Numbered from the stretch's first letter, positions 45,216-61,757 are shown. The stretch: DNA of 64,000 bases from Eledone cirrhosa (GCA_964016885.1 OZ024742.1:55304001-55368000); one strand, 5' to 3'. Numbers and translations: made by a program. The notes: a model not told the origin generated them from the sequence alone.

Positions 45216-47661
45216 AATGAGGTCATAATTAAACTTAGTTGATTTATCCGAAAACTTGGATATGCTATTGTTACATAGCAAACTAATAATTTCTTTTATT
45301 TGTAGTTGCAGTCAGACTGGACTGGAAACCATCTACTACAATTCACTTACTTATTTGTTGTATATATTTTACCATTTACTAATAAATATACCCTCTTATA
45401 TTGTCATGAAAACCCTCTTCCATGGTCTCTAAGCTCACAAAGCGGAGGGGACATCAAGTTAGATATAAACATTTATTCTGTCCGTTTCATTAAACGGAAA
45501 ATTGGAAAGCTTTGAAATGATAATATGCCATTTTCTTCCAGATAAGAGCACTCTTGGGATAGACAGAGTTGCTCTTGCATAAATGTTCAAAATAGCTGGT
45601 ATCGCCTGGTGGGAATATAACAAATTCAACTGGTTCTTATTCATAAAAAAGAACATTTATGTTCCTTTTATTGAAATTTATATATTACCTTTCAAGGAAT
45701 GTATTTATACTCTCAGCTGCCTGCAATGGTATCTTTGGAATATTGTTAATCAATATTTTAGTAATCTACTGATATCAAAATCAGTAGTATATTGAAAAAT
45801 GGAAAAATAGGGTAGGGGGCGTTTCGTGATTTCAAGGGACAAAAGGGGGCGTTTGGCCTAAATGGGTTGAGAACCTGTGATATAGAATTTGATTTCCAAG
45901 GATAAATCTTGACAGTATTTCCTCCCTTTTCTATGAATATGGTTTCTGCAAATATTTGTCAATAACGAGTGGATGGTTCATGAATGATTAAATACTGATA
46001 CCATATATTCTTATAATGTTACATAACCTGTATCATAGAGAGATTAAATAACTGACAAATATACTGATGTACATGAAATTCGAAAGCCATACTTTACATT
46101 ACACATACACACGTTCTATTTAAGAAGTTTGATCGTTGACATATTACTCCCTCTCAAGCATATAATCAATCGAAAATGATCGTTATTATCCCTAGAATTC
46201 TTATGAACTCAGTTCTTATGTATTACTGACGGAAATATATCGGCTGTATTTCAGAATGAATATATGCATGCAGAAGAACATACAAATAAAATGTATTTTA
46301 TTGTATCTTTGCACACCAAGAATAGTCAAATATATTATTCAACAACATATTTAGTATTTCAATAATTTTGCGTATTTCCTCTCGCTTAATGGATGTGGAC
46401 ATTTATGGCAGATGCTTTTGGTTTTTTCTGTTGGAATGCTGCAGGGAGAAAACAAATATTGTAAAAGCTTAAATAGTGTAGAAGAAAATACACACCAAAA
46501 AAAAACACCCCAAAACCAAACAAATGTTGTTCACTAAATATGAAATATGAAATACTTGTGCTAATGCACATTACCAGCACATTCAAATGAATACGTGACA
46601 GCTAAAGGCAATAATAACATTAGGAGAGCATTTGAAAAAATGTTAGAAGAGGTAATTAATCACATATAAAAAGTATGAGACACGTTCCTAATAACAAAAA
46701 ATATTCTTGATAAACTCTCGAGTAGCGATGTAAATATAATTTAACATATTTTAATTATTGTTTTCATTATTGATAGACGTAACATGGTATAATCCTTAAG
46801 AAGCAGTTTTATCTCAAAGCCACTACGGTAAATGTCCTTTAATATACTGTTGTTTCAAACTACACAATCGTATAGAAAATAGTGGAAAGGATAGACATTG
46901 ACTATTTAGAGGCCTGTCCAATTAAATGTACTAGCTTTGTTTAATACTGTGTCTAGCTGATTTCTATCTGAGAATTAAAATAAAGTTACATAAAACGTTC
47001 AACCAATTGGATATTAATATTATGAGACGGCTGTAACATTGATGACACATCTAAAACACTTATCTTTGAAACCGACAGCGACCAATTTCCTTTCATAGAT
47101 AAATATTGGTTTAGCAATTAATGCGTTCCCCTTTAAATACACACGCACTCATATTTACATCTACACACATACATGTATACATGTACACTTACACACAAAC
47201 ACACACATATATATATGTATATATATATAGACATTCATCCACACAACAATACCACAAACATGCATATACATATACACACAGACGCTCCTACACGTTATAT
47301 AAATATACTCTCCCACAAAAGCAAATATTTGGAATTGAATTTACACGACTATTTCACTGTAAGCTGGAAGGCATACATATCGTCACGTTATCGTTAGTTT
47401 CGAATAAAGACATTCTAGGTGTGATCATATCATTGCATTCAATAAGTGCGCTGCCAATATGGGAATATATAATATAACGTGTAACTTCTTTCGAAAATAA
47501 CAGGGCGTGGTTTTTTGTAGTTGTATATAACAATATTTAGGTAGAAAATCAGGAACATAATAGAAGGTAAAATTGATGTTTAAATTAAATTTAATTAATT
47601 CAGTAAATATTATTGAATATAAGGGGTAGTTTGTATATTACAAATGGAATATATAGGATAT

Positions 47662-47850
47662 AATTGTTTCTACTTTAGGCACAAGGCCAGCAATTACCCA
47701 GTGCATTACTGGTACTTTATTTTATCGACCCTGTAAGGATGAAAGGCAAAGTCAACCTCGGCGGGATTTGAACTCAGATCGTAAAGGGACGTAACTATGC
47801 TGGAAAGCAGGGCGTCCGAACCTCTACCGAGACTGCCAATCCACCGCCCT
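47662..47850 (-). mobile_element. Full-length Nin/Deu-like SINE
   Basis: Minus strand gggcggtggattggcagtctcggtagag..gagttcaaatcccgccgagg plus core and tail. Confidence 0.8.
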
Positions 47851-48913
47851 GATATAGGATATAATATGATGTAGTTAATTAAATATCTGCTATAAGATGA
47901 AATATGAAAAACATAAAAGCATACAAATAAGGTGTAGGTGTAATTATAGTATATATGAACTATATGAGCTATAACGAAGGTTAAAAGGTAAATAAATTAT
48001 GAAGGTGGGGTAATTAAATATTTAATTAAGCAAATGAAGTAAGAGAGGTAGCCAGAAACAATTAATGTTTAATATTTGATATATAATACATAATATATAG
48101 TTGAAGAAAGTGAGTCATTACCTATTGATATGGAGACAATACTGAGACATATGATATCAACATTTTACAATGAATTATAATGAATTATAACAACCATTAA
48201 ATTATAGAGTATGGGGTAATCCACCTATAGAAGAGATATAATAACGAGTCAGAATCGAATATAATCAAATGAAATGTAATGTAAGGTGTAAAACGTAACA
48301 TTCAATATGAATACCTCATAAACATTAATTTAAAAGAGTGACCCCAATAGAAATTATTTAAAATCAAATAGTATCATGTAACAGACAGTCTATGGAGTCC
48401 GTCGAACTCGTACAATTCCAGGCTTTCTGGAAACTCAATTGTAGCGGGTCCGTGGTGGTAGTTCCGCTTATATTGGGATCAGGGCCTCTGTTCTTCATTA
48501 TATCACAAGGCGCTCGACTGTAACAGTAACTGTATTCCATTTATGTGAGGTTGTTTATCAATGGGTAGAGCTGGTGATTCCCGTTAGTAAACAATAATGC
48601 AAAACATCAAAGCACTCGATGAAAATCATCCATCGCAGATGTGGTATCGAGTGGTTGGTCCAGAAACGTTGTTTTCTCTGTTGTATTGGGTGTAATCCAG
48701 TTATCTTATATATCTAACTCTAAAATCAACACCTGATGGAATCGCTTAAGTCTTGCACTATGATCAGATCATGAAACTGGGCGATTTAAATATGTAGAGC
48801 GTTTTCGCAGGATTAAAATTTTAAAGGAAGTTTCCAGTCCGGCCTTCTGAGGTTTTTAATGTATATATAAATATGTATGTATATACTTACACACACACAC
48901 ATACACACATACA

Positions 48914-48979
<66 letters not shown>

Positions 48980-48984
<5 letters not shown>

Positions 48985-49363
48985 AGATCAAAAGATGGTT
49001 AAAAGAGATCCATGTATTTTATTATACGCATTTCAAAAACAAATATCATTATGTAATGACATTTGCGTTTTCGTCAGATAAAATAGGGAGACATGATATG
49101 AAGGTTAAAAAACACTTGTGAATAGTGCAGTTTTAAATCAACATATGAAAATTAGTTTAATCCAGTGTCCGAAGTGGGTTGCTAAGTCCGGAACCCACTT
49201 CGGATACTGGATTAACCCCTTTACTTTCCTCAGGCGAAGAGATATTATCTCAAAATATCAGGATATATGAATAAATTAAGGTAAAAGACTAATTGTCAGC
49301 TCTATCTTTTACATTTATATTCTATCTCCAAATCTGCATTGTTCTGGCCTTCTAACTTCTAAC

Positions 49364-49365
<2 letters not shown>
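48980..49365 (-). mobile_element. TA-embedded HHR-bearing insertion with an internal palindrome (49157-49215)
   Basis: Bounded by (TA)n; HHR stem I identical to that of the family-B-related copy at 36196. Confidence 0.7.
49015..49085 (-). ncRNA. Type I hammerhead ribozyme
   Basis: TATTTTAT-CTGACGA-AAAcgCAAATGTCATTAcaTAATGATATTTGttTTT-GAAA-TGCGTA-TA-ATAAAATA. Confidence 0.88.
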
Positions 49366-49410
<45 letters not shown>

Positions 49411-49441
49411 TATATATAAACATTAGAAGTTAGAAGGCCAG

Positions 49442-49482
<41 letters not shown>

Positions 49483-49486
<4 letters not shown>

Positions 49487-50845
49487 TAATAAAAATAATG
49501 AATAAAAACAAAGAAACAGTTCCTTATATTAAAACGTTCATCAACACAGTTTTAAAAATGCCGCATTAGCTAATACAACATCCTTAGCTGAAATAATTAA
49601 TAATTATAGAAAAAAGAATATCGATTATAACTTGACCTGGAGTGTGTTCAAAAGGGCCACCCCTTATCAAAATAATAATTATGAATGTAGATTATGTTCC
49701 CAGGAACTTTTTGAAATAATGAAATCTAAGGATATCGTATTAAATAAGCGACAAGAATTAATTATATCATGCAATCATAGAATTAGAAAAACTTTCAAAT
49801 ATTATAAACCTAATCAATATACACTTATATTTTACAAATTATTTTAGTTATTTTTTTAAAATTAGTTAACCTATAATTAATATTCTACTACTAAGAACTG
49901 CATAATTTTATTTCCCTTTTACAGCTATCTTTTCCTAAAATGTATACCAATAAGTATACATATAAATTATTTTAATTTCCTGTTATGAATCTAAATTCCT
50001 TATAATCTATATAAGTGTGTTATTTCTCACTAATACATTTATCCCCCCACCCACCCCCAAATTTGTTTTCCTTCCTTTTTAACAACATTCTTTAATAACA
50101 TCTAACTCTTATTTATCATATCTATATGAATTAATATAAATTTATTCCTATAAATATACCTATCGATTAAATTAATTTAATTTCTTTTTATAGATCTATA
50201 TTCCTTATGTTTTAAATAAGATTGATATTTTTCACTAACACATTTATAGTAACATTTTATTCTCCTTAGATTTTAACATTAGCATTATTCTTTAATAACA
50301 TCAAATTTTCGTGTACCTTTCACCGGCTTGACCTCTTTTCATTCAAAATACTCTTTCCACTCAAACCTGAAGTCTGCATTCCTCTACCCCTAAATTAAAT
50401 TTCTACTACTACTATTCTATCAAGTTGACCACTTACTACTTTTCTATTGGTCAATTCAAAACCTGTTCCCAAACAGACCTATTATATTAAATCTTTGTTG
50501 GTTTTTTCAATAAACAAATATCATTATTTCTGAAGACAGCATATATATGTGTAGGTATGTATATTTCCTCTGATAGTTTGTAAACATTTTACATAGATCT
50601 ATATGATATACATACCAACACACACATATATATCCTAGAAACGATCGTACAATGATGACTTTTTTAATATAAGGAACTGTTTCTTTGTTTTTATTCATTA
50701 TTTTTATTAATTTATCTTGACTCTGTTTTCCTGTGTTTTTCATCGAAAAAATTTTGAATACATCTTCTCTTTTCATGATATTTGGATTACATTGAGTTCT
50801 TCATCCGGATTGGACACTACCGTATATTTTTATAGATTTATCTTT
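49483..50845 (+). mobile_element. 5'-truncated PLE (family F): short inverted pLTR, endonuclease tail, 3' UTR, HHR
   Basis: 49483-49533 inverted against 50663-50714; peptide TTSLAEII..YNLTWSVFKRATPY..CRLCSQE..LNKRQE..SCNHR. Confidence 0.85.
50521..50658 (+). ncRNA. Type I hammerhead with about 100-nt stem II domain
   Basis: TCATTATTt-CTGAAGA-cAGcATATATATGTGT..GGTATGTATAT..ATATACATACC..ACACATATATATcCTa-GAAA-CGATCG-TA-cAATGATGA. Confidence 0.78.
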
Positions 50846-50858
50846 ATATATATATATT

Positions 50859-50973
<115 letters not shown>

Positions 50974-51374
50974 GCATTGTAGAGTTGCTGAAATTGTGTG
51001 ACTCCAATAGTCTACCATGAGTAGTCAGCAACGAATTATATAAGGCCGACCAGGCAAAATGCTTCCTATAAATGATTCACGATAGGAAAAATCTGAAATT
51101 CTGGTGGCTTAATAAGAAAAGAACGTCAGTCTATCCAGGGTTCTAATGACTATCAATTCGCCGCCGCACACCTCTGAGGTGCCTATATTTAGTATTTGTC
51201 TGTAACGTCTGTGGTGTTTATGTGTGTATAGAGACAGACAAACAGATAGATTAGTTAGGTTTTACAAACGCTAGAAAGATAACTTAATACATGAACAGAT
51301 TGTTGTTCATACCGCAGTGTCTCAGTTAATTCATCCGCACACAGAAACATATATACATATGCCAACGCAAGCAC

Positions 51375-53425
<2,051 letters not shown>

Positions 53426-54623
53426 TATATATGTGAATGTGCGTGCGGGAAAATAAACGGGTACCCCATTTTTTTTTGCTTAATTATACTAACTAACTAC
53501 ACCCTTACTATCAACTAATAATTCCTGAGTTCTCTGAATGCGTAGCCATATTTATTGAACATAGTTTCTGGAGGAGTCAACAATACATCGTTAATTAGCA
53601 GATCAACAACAGGTCACAAATAGGAAAATTAATTTATGATTCCATGTTAAAAGCTTCAAATACGTCAGGAGTGCTGGTGGTAATTAAATGAAATCCCAAA
53701 CGACAATCACACGCATTAGGTGAATGTTAGCTATTATAATTATAAAAAGAACGTGAATCGAATTTTCCCTGGTACACTCTATAGCCCGTCGTTTTATAAG
53801 GAGATACTTTAATAGCCCTTCACTGAGAGTATCCGTTGCAGTTAATAATAAATGTTATACAAATCTGATTTCCTAATTCATTAGCGTGTGACAAATGGAA
53901 GAATGTAAATCATTTTAGGCAGGGTTTACTTTATTGAAACGGGGAAAAGATACTTCAATTTCACACTTAATAAAACTTTTCACTGTTTCTATTAATTTGA
54001 GAAATCTGCTATTCATTTTTTTTCTTTTTTACGATAAAGAGAGAGTGAGAATTTCAGCTAAATTTGTACCACCCATCTCTACTCCAATGTCTCTAAAAGC
54101 AGAGCGCCTGTTAATACCCCACATGTTAGGCTGGATTATATTTCGGCTGAACATTACACGCACACACACACACACACTAACACACGCACACCCATTAACA
54201 CACACACAATCTGTCAGTAGCTGTGTGAGAAAATCAGACATGTTTTTCTGGATTTTCATCTGTCATCGGAGACAAGTGTGAAACATCGGTTGGGGCTGAA
54301 CATTTGCATATAGTGCCAGATAAAGCGGCTAGGATTAATAAGCAGTAGCACTAACATAACGTGTGTTGTCATGATGTTTCATATACAAAGAATACACTAG
54401 CTGCGTGTTATTGTCTGAGTAAAGTATGTAAACGTCATTAAATATCGGATTAAAACAGAAACACATTCTTCCATGGCGACTGAGGTAACTGTGACATGTT
54501 CACGGCTAACATATTCATAGCGAGATTCATGTATATTTATTATACAGAAACTTATCTTATAATTTCATATAAATTTCTATTAACACACCCCTACATACAT
54601 ATGTATATTTGCGCATACAATTT

Positions 54624-54660
<37 letters not shown>

Positions 54661-56084
54661 TATGCGAAAAGTAAACGGAAATATAAAAAGAACAATACAG
54701 TAAAATGAAGAAATAAAGTAAGAAAGGTATCTTAGCGTTTAGGATCCAAGTCCTTTAGAAGACAGAATTAGAAAAGAAAAAGAATAGAAAGATAGAGAGT
54801 AAAAGTAAGAAACAGAAAAAAATGTTTTGTGCAGAAAGAGCACGTGTGTGTTCAGTGAGCCATTTCGAGTAATAGTGGTCAGTGTGTATCTTTTAGGCAG
54901 GTTTTAAAATGGAGATAATCCTTCAATATCCTGATGTTTGTTTGTTTCATTTCCTGTGCATAGATGTGCATGGATGTGCGTTGAAATGAATCCAAGCGAG
55001 CTGCTGTGAAAGTGTGGCGATGTGAGTGCGCATGAACTTGTGACCTGACTAACGCATGAGGGTATACACATGTTTGTGAAATTCTATATACAATTTCATT
55101 GACAAATACACAAACGTAGAAAGAGTCACAGGGGGTGATAGAGAAAGGTTGGTGGTGTAAATAAATGACAAGATTGAGAGACTACGCTGAGAACAGCGTC
55201 ATCGGTTAGTATTCATATGTATTGTAAAATTATGTTATAACAAAATGGAGCTATTGCTGTTGTTTCCTGTCTCAAGTGGGCGTGCATCGTAAATTTCCGT
55301 CTGCTTTTGAAATGGCTATGCTTTGCAGAGATTTTATTTTATTGTAACAATGGATCTGTTAACATACGCCTCAAGGGCATCTGCTATCTTTTCTTTGAAA
55401 TAACGTGTTTGGATATTTGATAATTCAGCATGTATACATGATATAAGAGATGGTTATAGTGTCGACAACAACATATTTAAAATATCATCCATTCAATGTC
55501 CATAAGCACCAATGAAATATATGTTTTTCTTTCCTCTTAAAAACATATAGTGTTGAATTTACGTTTTATGAAACGTGATTCAAAGCTTCTACACAAGAAG
55601 ATACGACATTTCTTTATCACGAACAACCTACATAATTGCCTTACTCGCTAAATACCGGTAGTCAGAAATATTTAAGGAAATTCTATTGAGAAAGTTTCAT
55701 GTCATCGTGATTATTCATGTGGAAATGATAATAGTGAATCTATTGCAATAGATTTCAACCTGAAATCTACACGTGGCCATACACTGTATGGTACATGTGG
55801 CCGTCTTTGAAGTGCATTTCAACTCGTTTAGGATTACGTATTCACTTTAAGTTGTTTTCTCTCATGCACAAATGAAATAAGTTCCTGTCCTTTTCCAAAG
55901 TTTTCCTATTTTGGGATTAGCTTAACATTCTACTGCTTAATATGCTAAAGAAAGTTGGACTATAATTACACATCTGTATCTAGTGTTCTTTTATAAACAT
56001 GTAGGCCATTGAATCTAGGAGACATTCATCACACACACACACACATATATATATATTTTTCTGATTTTATCCAGTTTATCCAAA

Positions 56085-56205
56085 ATCTCTGAAGAAGTGA
56101 CAACTGATTATACATTTGCTATCGAATACTTGCTAACATTATATGATTACGCAAGCAGCGATACATAGGTGTTCGGTCTGTTACAGAAACATATGTCAAT
56201 ACCTG
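56085..56205 (+). ncRNA. Atypical hammerhead-like motif with 90-nt stem II domain and poor stem I (family C, 5' pLTR)
   Basis: CTGAAGA-aGTGACA ACTGA..TCGGT c TGTTACa-GAAA-CATATG-TC; flanks atct/aata do not pair. Confidence 0.6.
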
Positions 56206-56411
56206 ATAAATTCCTTTTTTACCAAAAGCACTTTCATTTTATATTCATCCTTTCTACATTTCTCCGGAATATAATTTATACTCGTTGAGCAAACCTGCAC
56301 GTACGCTGTTCATCTCTAACGTAACGATATATTATCACTACATTATTGATAACCTGAAATTTTATTAATCTCCTATACAGTTGAGCAACTAATTCAGCAT
56401 ACGCTTCTAAA

Positions 56412-58734
56412 ATGGAAAGGCACCAATTGGATATGTCGTTAAAAAACATACCTATTCAGGCAAAAAGGGAATATATTCTAGGTATGATACGAAGGACCAA
56501 TGATTTTATTCGACAAATCAGATGGAAAACATTCCATTTTGACAAAAGCCGTATAAACCAAACATCGGATCTTAACAAGGATAAATTTGGATTTAAATCT
56601 TACAAGAACCCACCCTCAAACCCACTTTTGGATGCATTTGAACAAGACCTAATGGATATGATCATGGAGATCAAATTTACAAAACGTAAGAACAATAAAC
56701 TACAGAATGACATCACGGCACTGCTCAATAATCTAAAAAACGCCAATGGAATTATTGTTAGAGCAGACAAAACATCAAACGTATATACCATGGATGTGGA
56801 CACTTACAATAACTTCATCCGTAAGGAATTGCATAAAAAATACAGGAAAACTGATGAAGCCACACTTAAAAACATCAACAACTCGGCATGTGATATTGTT
56901 AAAAAACTTTGTATTGACGATAGAACGCAACCCTTAACACCAGCTATACCATCCTTCAACCTGAAGGACCACAAGGTAAACTTCGATACTAACCCTAATA
57001 TTAGACTTATATGCCCCTCTAAATCTGATATAGGTAAAATTAGCAAATATATACTACACAGAATTATCCCCCAAGTTAAGGTTAAAGTAGAGATTAAACT
57101 ATGGGGTAACACTCATGAAGCAATAAGATGGTTTAATAACATTACTGATAAGAAAAAATCAAAATTTATTCAGTTTGATATTGATGAATATTATTCCTCA
57201 ATTTCACCTGATACTCTACATGAAGCTCTTTCGTTCGCTAAGGATAATTCCGACCTTACGGATGCTGAAATTAAAATTATTATGGAAGCGAGAAAAACTA
57301 TAGTTAAATTCGATGATTGCTACTGGGTTCGCAAAGATAGACCTTCTAATTTTGATATCACTATGGGTTCTAATGATTCGGCGGAAGTAACAGATCTTGT
57401 GGGAATTTATATCACCCACAGATTACAAGGAAAATTCAAGGATCTCCACGGTGGAATTTACCGTGACGATGCGCTCCTATTAGTTAAGCATATGAATAAC
57501 CAGAATTTAGAAAGGATGCGTAAAAATATCAGAAAGCTTTTTAAGGAACTAGGATTAAATATTACATTTGAATATAACCTCAAAGAGGTCAATTTCCTTG
57601 ATGTTACTTTCAATCTCAATACAGATACGATTAAACCGTTCCATAAACTAAATGACAACCTTAAATATGTAAATACGAGTTCTAACCATCCACTCTCTAT
57701 AATTAAATCCATCCCTAGAAATGTTTCTCTTAGAATCTCCCGCCTATCGTCCAACCAACAAACCTTCAAAGAACATGCCGAGTATTATGATTATGCACTT
57801 AGGAAAGCCGGTCACCTAGATAATATAGAGTATATAGTCAAAGATCACCAAAACACCCAAAATAAATCACATAGGAGTAGAAATAGCACAGAATCACCAC
57901 CATACATACACTACCGCAATAGACACAATAATAGTCGCACACCACCAAACAGAAGGCGATGTAAGGAGTATATCTGGTACAACACGGTCTATAACAAATC
58001 TATTAAAACCAATCTACCCTCAAAATTCTTTCGATTAGTTAGAAAACACTTTCCAACATCACATAAATATAATAAAATCTTAAACCCTAACACTATTCGA
58101 CTTTCATATTCAACCGCCCCTAATATTGAACAACATATAAAAAAGCTTAACGCAAAACGGTTGTATAAACGCCTTCCAACACATAACAATACACGTAAAA
58201 CATTAGCTATAACATCACAAAACAACAAACAACATCCTGTCCTACATAAGCAACCTCATCAACCCATCCATGGCAATACAACAACGCAAAATTATAATTG
58301 CAACTGTGTCCAACCAGGAATGTGTCCGTTGAACAATCAGTGTCTTGAACGCAACATCGTGTACTATCGAATCGGATAGACAGAAGTGGTACTATGTGGG
58401 ATCTACAGCCACCTCCTTCAAATCACGCCTTTATAGACATCGTTATTCGATAACACATGAAAACTAGCGTTATGTAACAACACTCGCAGACAAGGCTTGG
58501 CAGCTGCGTGAAAATAACCAACAATTTCACCTAAAATGGGATATAATAGCGGCTGCCCCCCCCCCCCCCCCCCCATAATCCAATGGACAGGAATTTTGTA
58601 AATTATGTAATGTAGAATTATTTTGTATTATGAAATCCAAAAACATTTTATTAAATAACAGAATAGAGCGATCGTTATACTGTAACCATCGCTTAAAATC
58701 TACATTTTCATATTATAAATACTACCAGGATTGA
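56412..58734 (+). pseudogene. PLE polyprotein: open 655-aa RT portion, endonuclease disrupted (frameshift about 58365, TAG about 58466, poly-C run)
   Basis: KNIP..RWKTF, ADKT, IQFDI, MGSNDSAEVTDL, GIYRDD, CNCVQPGMCPL, then WYYVGST, CKLC, YCNHR to TGA at 58734. Confidence 0.92.
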
Positions 58735-59203
58735 ACGCCTGTCTCTATCCCCGTTTGATTGTCAAAATAGATATGAACATTCTTTATTAGTCTTAATACT
58801 ATCAACTCTTCTATTATTTACCTTTTAATACAAACTGCTATAGATAAAATGAGATTTCTGATTTCTTGATTCAATTCCCTAATGCATATACCAGCTGGCT
58901 ACTAGCATTGATGTTATTTAGTAGCAATCGAAATCTCCCCCTTCCCCAATTGACACTTTATAATTAATACTACTGCACCAAATGACCAGCCCTGTCCACT
59001 GTCCAGTTGGTCAAGTAGAGATTAAAATTGGCACTCCCAAAATTCTTATTTAGATTTACTCATGGTATTCTCATTAAAAACCCATTATATACTTGTTTAG
59101 CAGTAAATTATTTTACCATCTGTCATATTCTATCCCCTCTGTTCCTTCCTCTTTTACTAATATAAATACTTCAATTTTTCTGATTTTATCCAGTTTATCC
59201 AAA

Positions 59204-59324
59204 ATCTCTGAAGAAGTGACAACTGATTATACATTTGCTATCGAATACTTGCTAACATTATATGATTACGCAAGCAGCGATACATAGGTATTCGGTCTGT
59301 TACAGAAACATATGTCAATACCTG
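59204..59324 (+). ncRNA. Same atypical hammerhead-like motif (family C, 3' pLTR)
   Basis: One substitution relative to 56085-56205. Confidence 0.6.
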
Positions 59325-59368
59325 ATAAATTCCTTTTTTACCAAAAGCACTTTCATTTTATATTCATC

Positions 59369-59414
<46 letters not shown>

Positions 59415-59422
59415 TTACATAT

Positions 59423-59486
<64 letters not shown>

Positions 59487-59511
59487 TTACATATGTATGT
59501 ATAAATACATA

Positions 59512-59555
<44 letters not shown>

Positions 59556-59849
59556 TATATATGTATATACATATAGGTATATGTATATATACATATATGT
59601 GCATATATACATATATTTCTGTATATATATATATATATATATATTTTTTTTATTTTATTTAGGTTAGTTGGTTCACCACTGGATAGAACTGGTAATTCCG
59701 TATGGTCAATCTCGATGTAATATTATTGAGAGTACTCAACGTAATGCAACTCACCCGTCTTCATTTGTGTAGTTGGTGGTGCGAGTACGGAGTTAATTAT
59801 TATAGAATAACAGGAGGCTGGACTGGTGTAAATCCTTGAAAGGTTTATT

Positions 59850-59907
59850 ATACTATGATCATTTCAATGACCGGGTTCAGTATGAATCCGGTGATATCAT
59901 CAGGTAT
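59850..59907 (-). ncRNA. Type I hammerhead ribozyme
   Basis: Exact reverse complement of 60436-60493. Confidence 0.87.
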
Positions 59908-60435
59908 TCGAAATATAAAAAAGGAATATAACAGACAAAATCCATGGGGCTGAAAATCAGAGACAAGGGGACGACCGACTATTTAGCAGCTTCTACCTCA
60001 GCGGCGACTGCAGATCCCGGCCAGCCCTTCCTAACCACGTGTCAGCCGTTCCGAGTGATATCGTCTAGCGAATGAAATGGAAATTAATTTTTCCGAGCAC
60101 TCCAGGAATGTAACTGTTTTAGGCGTCGGGCGTGTTATCAGGAAGTCCGCCATCGTCGTCAGGCCATCGGCTATACCAAACGAAAACTATAAATTCACAC
60201 AGGAGGGGGGGTTATTTACGTGCCAGTAGAGGGAGTGATGATACAGCTAATAGTTATGATTAAGCCGAGAAAATTAATGTACTATTTGGCGGTCAAGACC
60301 GGTGGCGTGGCGGGCCACGGGGCCCGGGGCGAAGCAGCCGACTGAGGTAGAAGCTGCTAAATAGTCGGTCGTCCTCTTGTCTCTGATTTTTAGCCCCATG
60401 GATTTTGTCTGTTATATTCCTTTGTTTTATTTTGA

Positions 60436-60493
60436 ATACCTGATGATATCACCGGATTCATACTGAACCCGGTCATTGAAATGATCATAGTAT
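60436..60493 (+). ncRNA. Type I hammerhead ribozyme
   Basis: ATAC-CTGATGA-tATcACCGGaTTCAtacTGAAcCCGGTcATt-GAAA-TGATCA-TA-GTAT. Confidence 0.87.
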
Positions 60494-60589
60494 AATAAAC
60501 CTTTCAAGGATTTACACCAGTGCAGCCTCCTGTTATTCTATTATTTATATATATATGTATGTATGTATATATGTATGTACGTATGTATG

Positions 60590-60829
<240 letters not shown>

Positions 60830-60837
60830 ATATATAG

Positions 60838-61180
60838 TGAAAACGCATGGCTTAGTGGTTAGACCATTGGGCTTGCAATTGAGAGGTTGTGAGTTCGATT
60901 CTCGGACCGGGTGATGCGTTGTGTCTTTGAGCAAGACACTTTATTTCACGTTGCTCCAGTTTACTCAGCTGTAGAAATGAGTTGCGATATCACTGGTGCC
61001 AAGCTGTATCGGTCATTGCCTTTCCATTGAACAAACATCGGTGGCATGGATAGGGGTGGCTGATATGCATGGGCGACTGCTGATCTTCCACAAAACAAAC
61101 CTTGCCCAGGCTTGTGCCTCGGAGAGAAACATTCTAGGTGCAAAACCATTGTCATTCGTGACCGATGGGGGGCCAAAGCA

Positions 61181-61181
<1 letters not shown>
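60838..61181 (+). mobile_element. tRNA-derived SINE with CORE/Meta-like central domain
   Basis: A box tggcttagtgg, B box gagttcgattc, then tgtgtctttgagcaagacact...cagctgtagaaatg; inserted in (TA)n. Confidence 0.82.
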
Positions 61182-61266
<85 letters not shown>

Positions 61267-61757
61267 AAATAAATCCATAATACATACTATTAAGCCGTTG
61301 CAATTGCTTAGATGATGAAGTGTAGCTTCATTGACATATTCCACACTCTCCACAATGTAGTGTTAATTAACTGTGCATACCTGGCCTAAATGCTTCCGAG
61401 ATTTGCGAGCTTATGAAAATTACCCATACTCTAATTTAGAGATTTCGACTGGGTGATCGATTAATTCTATATATTGACATATATCCCCTTTTTCATTATG
61501 TATATAGTTTTCTCAACAGGAAAAATGGTGAAGTGATGAATGCAAAAAGTGACATATTGCATCTATATATTGTAGACACAGAATAAGACAGTTGCATCGT
61601 TATCTAAAACATCAAACTATCTGGAGTAAAGTTGATCCAATGCCATCATGGAAAAACAAACAACCAATCATGTGAAGCAAGAAGCCCTTCTAAATCAATA
61701 CGGTCGTATTTATGAACGTGCGCGCACACACACACACACACACGCACAGACACACAC

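Larger units (their letters stand above)
43319..45879 (+). mobile_element. hAT (Buster/Charlie-type) DNA transposon relic
   Basis: TIRs CAAAGGTTCTCAAC / GTTGAGAACCTGTG; exact 8-bp TSD ATATAGAA at 43311-43318 and 45880-45887 (nnnTAnnn). Confidence 0.93.
56056..59372 (+). mobile_element. Near-full-length PLE, family C, with about 197-bp direct pLTRs
   Basis: 56056-56253 matches 59175-59372; TA tracts on both sides. Confidence 0.94.
59660..60545. mobile_element. Fold-back PLE-like terminal fragment with GC-rich spacer
   Basis: Arms about 59802-60012 and 60333-60540; TA flanks. Confidence 0.85.

Noticed and set aside
58360-58470. Selenocysteine or readthrough recoding in the family C endonuclease
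   Set aside because: The stops are TAG and accompanied by a frameshift; consistent with decay, not UGA recoding
60845-60915. tRNA gene
   Set aside because: A and B boxes present but no cloverleaf; continues into a repeated SINE body
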